Of a stretch of DNA of 52,821 nucleotides, positions 51,886 through 52,821 are shown in pieces (position 1 is the stretch's first letter; each line of letters begins with the position of its first letter). The notes beneath the pieces are model-generated. The model saw nothing but the letters and a program-made list of their open reading frames with translations, had not been told where the DNA came from and ran no database searches. The DNA lies in NCBI GenBank assembly GCA_003576795.1, contig QEVN01000001.1, positions 1 to 52,821 on the forward strand, written 5' to 3'. The DNA comes from Burkholderiales bacterium (GTDB lineage: Bacteria; Pseudomonadota; Gammaproteobacteria; Burkholderiales; Burkholderiaceae_E). The translations under genes and the position numbers were made by a program.

Positions 51886-52603
51886 TCAGCGCCCGCCCGC
51901 TTCCGGTGCCTGCGGCTCGACCCCGAGAAGGCTGCGCACCGCCGCGAAACAGGCGTCGGCGGCCGCGACGTCACTGGTCGTCGACGAACAATACGCGCTC
52001 GGCGCTGGTGTCGAGTTCCTCCAGCGCCAGGCGGTAGGCGCGCGGATCGGGCTTCAGGATTCCGGTGTGCGTGGCGTCGACGAGCACGTCCACGTCGCGC
52101 AGGATCTCGAGCCGATCCATGAAGGGGCGACCCCAGAACAGCTCCAGCTCGTTCGACAGGATGCCCACGCGCAGGCCTGCCGCCCGCGCCGCGCGCACCG
52201 TCCGATGCGCGGACTCGCGCACCGAGCGGTTCGGATCCTCGCCGCGGATCGCCTGGAAGAAATCGAGCGGCGTCCACGCCGGCCGCCCGAGCATCGAGCC
52301 GACCTCGCCGGCCCGCCGCGCCCAGTAGTCGCGTTCGCTGATCTCGCCGCGCTCCATGCTGCGCCACAACGGGTCGGTGGCCGGGTCGACCGGCCCCAGC
52401 CAGCCCAGCGTTCCCTGCGCCAGGCCGAGCAGGCGCTCGGATTCGCGGTGCCGCTCGAAGGCGGTGTAGGTGACGACGCTGCCGAAATCGAGCAGCAACG
52501 CATCGAATCGGCGCGTGCCCGGAGCGCGCGCATGCGCGCGGGATGCCGATACGCTCGCCGGTTTCGTTCCGGCCGCCTCTGCCACGCCTTCGCTCTCGCT
52601 CAT
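51886..52603 (-). pseudogene. HAD-family hydrolase, interrupted after motif IV
   Basis: LLLDFGSVV, ILSNE, KPDPRAY, LFVDDQ then TGA at 51971-51973; a plausible C-terminal tail (DVAAADACFAAVRSLLG...) continues in another frame to a stop at 51886. Confidence 0.7.
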
Positions 52604-52610
52604 GCGCCCG

Positions 52611-52640
52611 AGTGTGCCGCACCCCAGGATTGGTTGTCAA
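52611..52640 (-). promoter_or_regulatory. sigma70-type promoter of the HAD gene (probably leaderless)
   Basis: TTGACA (52640-52635), 18 nt, CACACT (52616-52611), 7 nt, ATG. Confidence 0.55.
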
Positions 52641-52821
52641 CGAAACGAATCGGAGAGGGAGCCCGGCGATCGGCCGGCACGGAACGGCGCTCGCTCCTTC
52701 GCGCAGCCCCCGCAAGGGACCTTCCGCACGGCCGCGAAATTGGTTGCGATGACAACGATCCGGTGGTAGAACGGCGTCGAAGCGCTCGACCGAAGACGCC
52801 TCGCCGCACAGGAGACCCGAT

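Overview
Very GC-rich chromosomal window from a Burkholderiales-type betaproteobacterium (inferred from gene order and protein types). Left ~31 kb is mostly housekeeping: xerC (5' part)-DUF484-dapF, two lipid A acyltransferases, and a methyl-cycle locus (SAM-II-like riboswitch/metK, SAH riboswitch/ahcY-tlyA-metF) interleaved with two degenerate HD-GYP paralogues and an EAL protein. It continues with slt, cca, folM/folB/ttcA and a complete group-2 Mrp/Pha antiporter operon. Right ~21 kb is accessory: a divergent EutR-like AraC regulator and a ~19 kb, 15-gene co-directional, largely translationally coupled cluster (32200-51276). The cluster encodes a TTQ aromatic-amine dehydrogenase (aauB/E/D/A), a DUF1329/DUF1302/RND/TerB/YCF48 envelope module, a FeaB-like aldehyde dehydrogenase, a PQQ/heme-c alcohol dehydrogenase, a small cytochrome c, two MauG/CCP-family dihemes with complementary active-site changes, and a qNor-family protein. 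That last protein carries the His->Asn and Glu->Gln substitutions reported for putative NO dismutases. The best candidate novel system is this coupling of a Nod-like enzyme and a split MauG-like pair to a quinoprotein amine-oxidation operon; it might supply the oxidant for TTQ maturation under anoxia (hypothesis only). The window ends with a mazEF module and a HAD hydrolase apparently broken by an internal deletion. All calls come from reading motifs; no database searches were run, and reference residue numbers are recalled.
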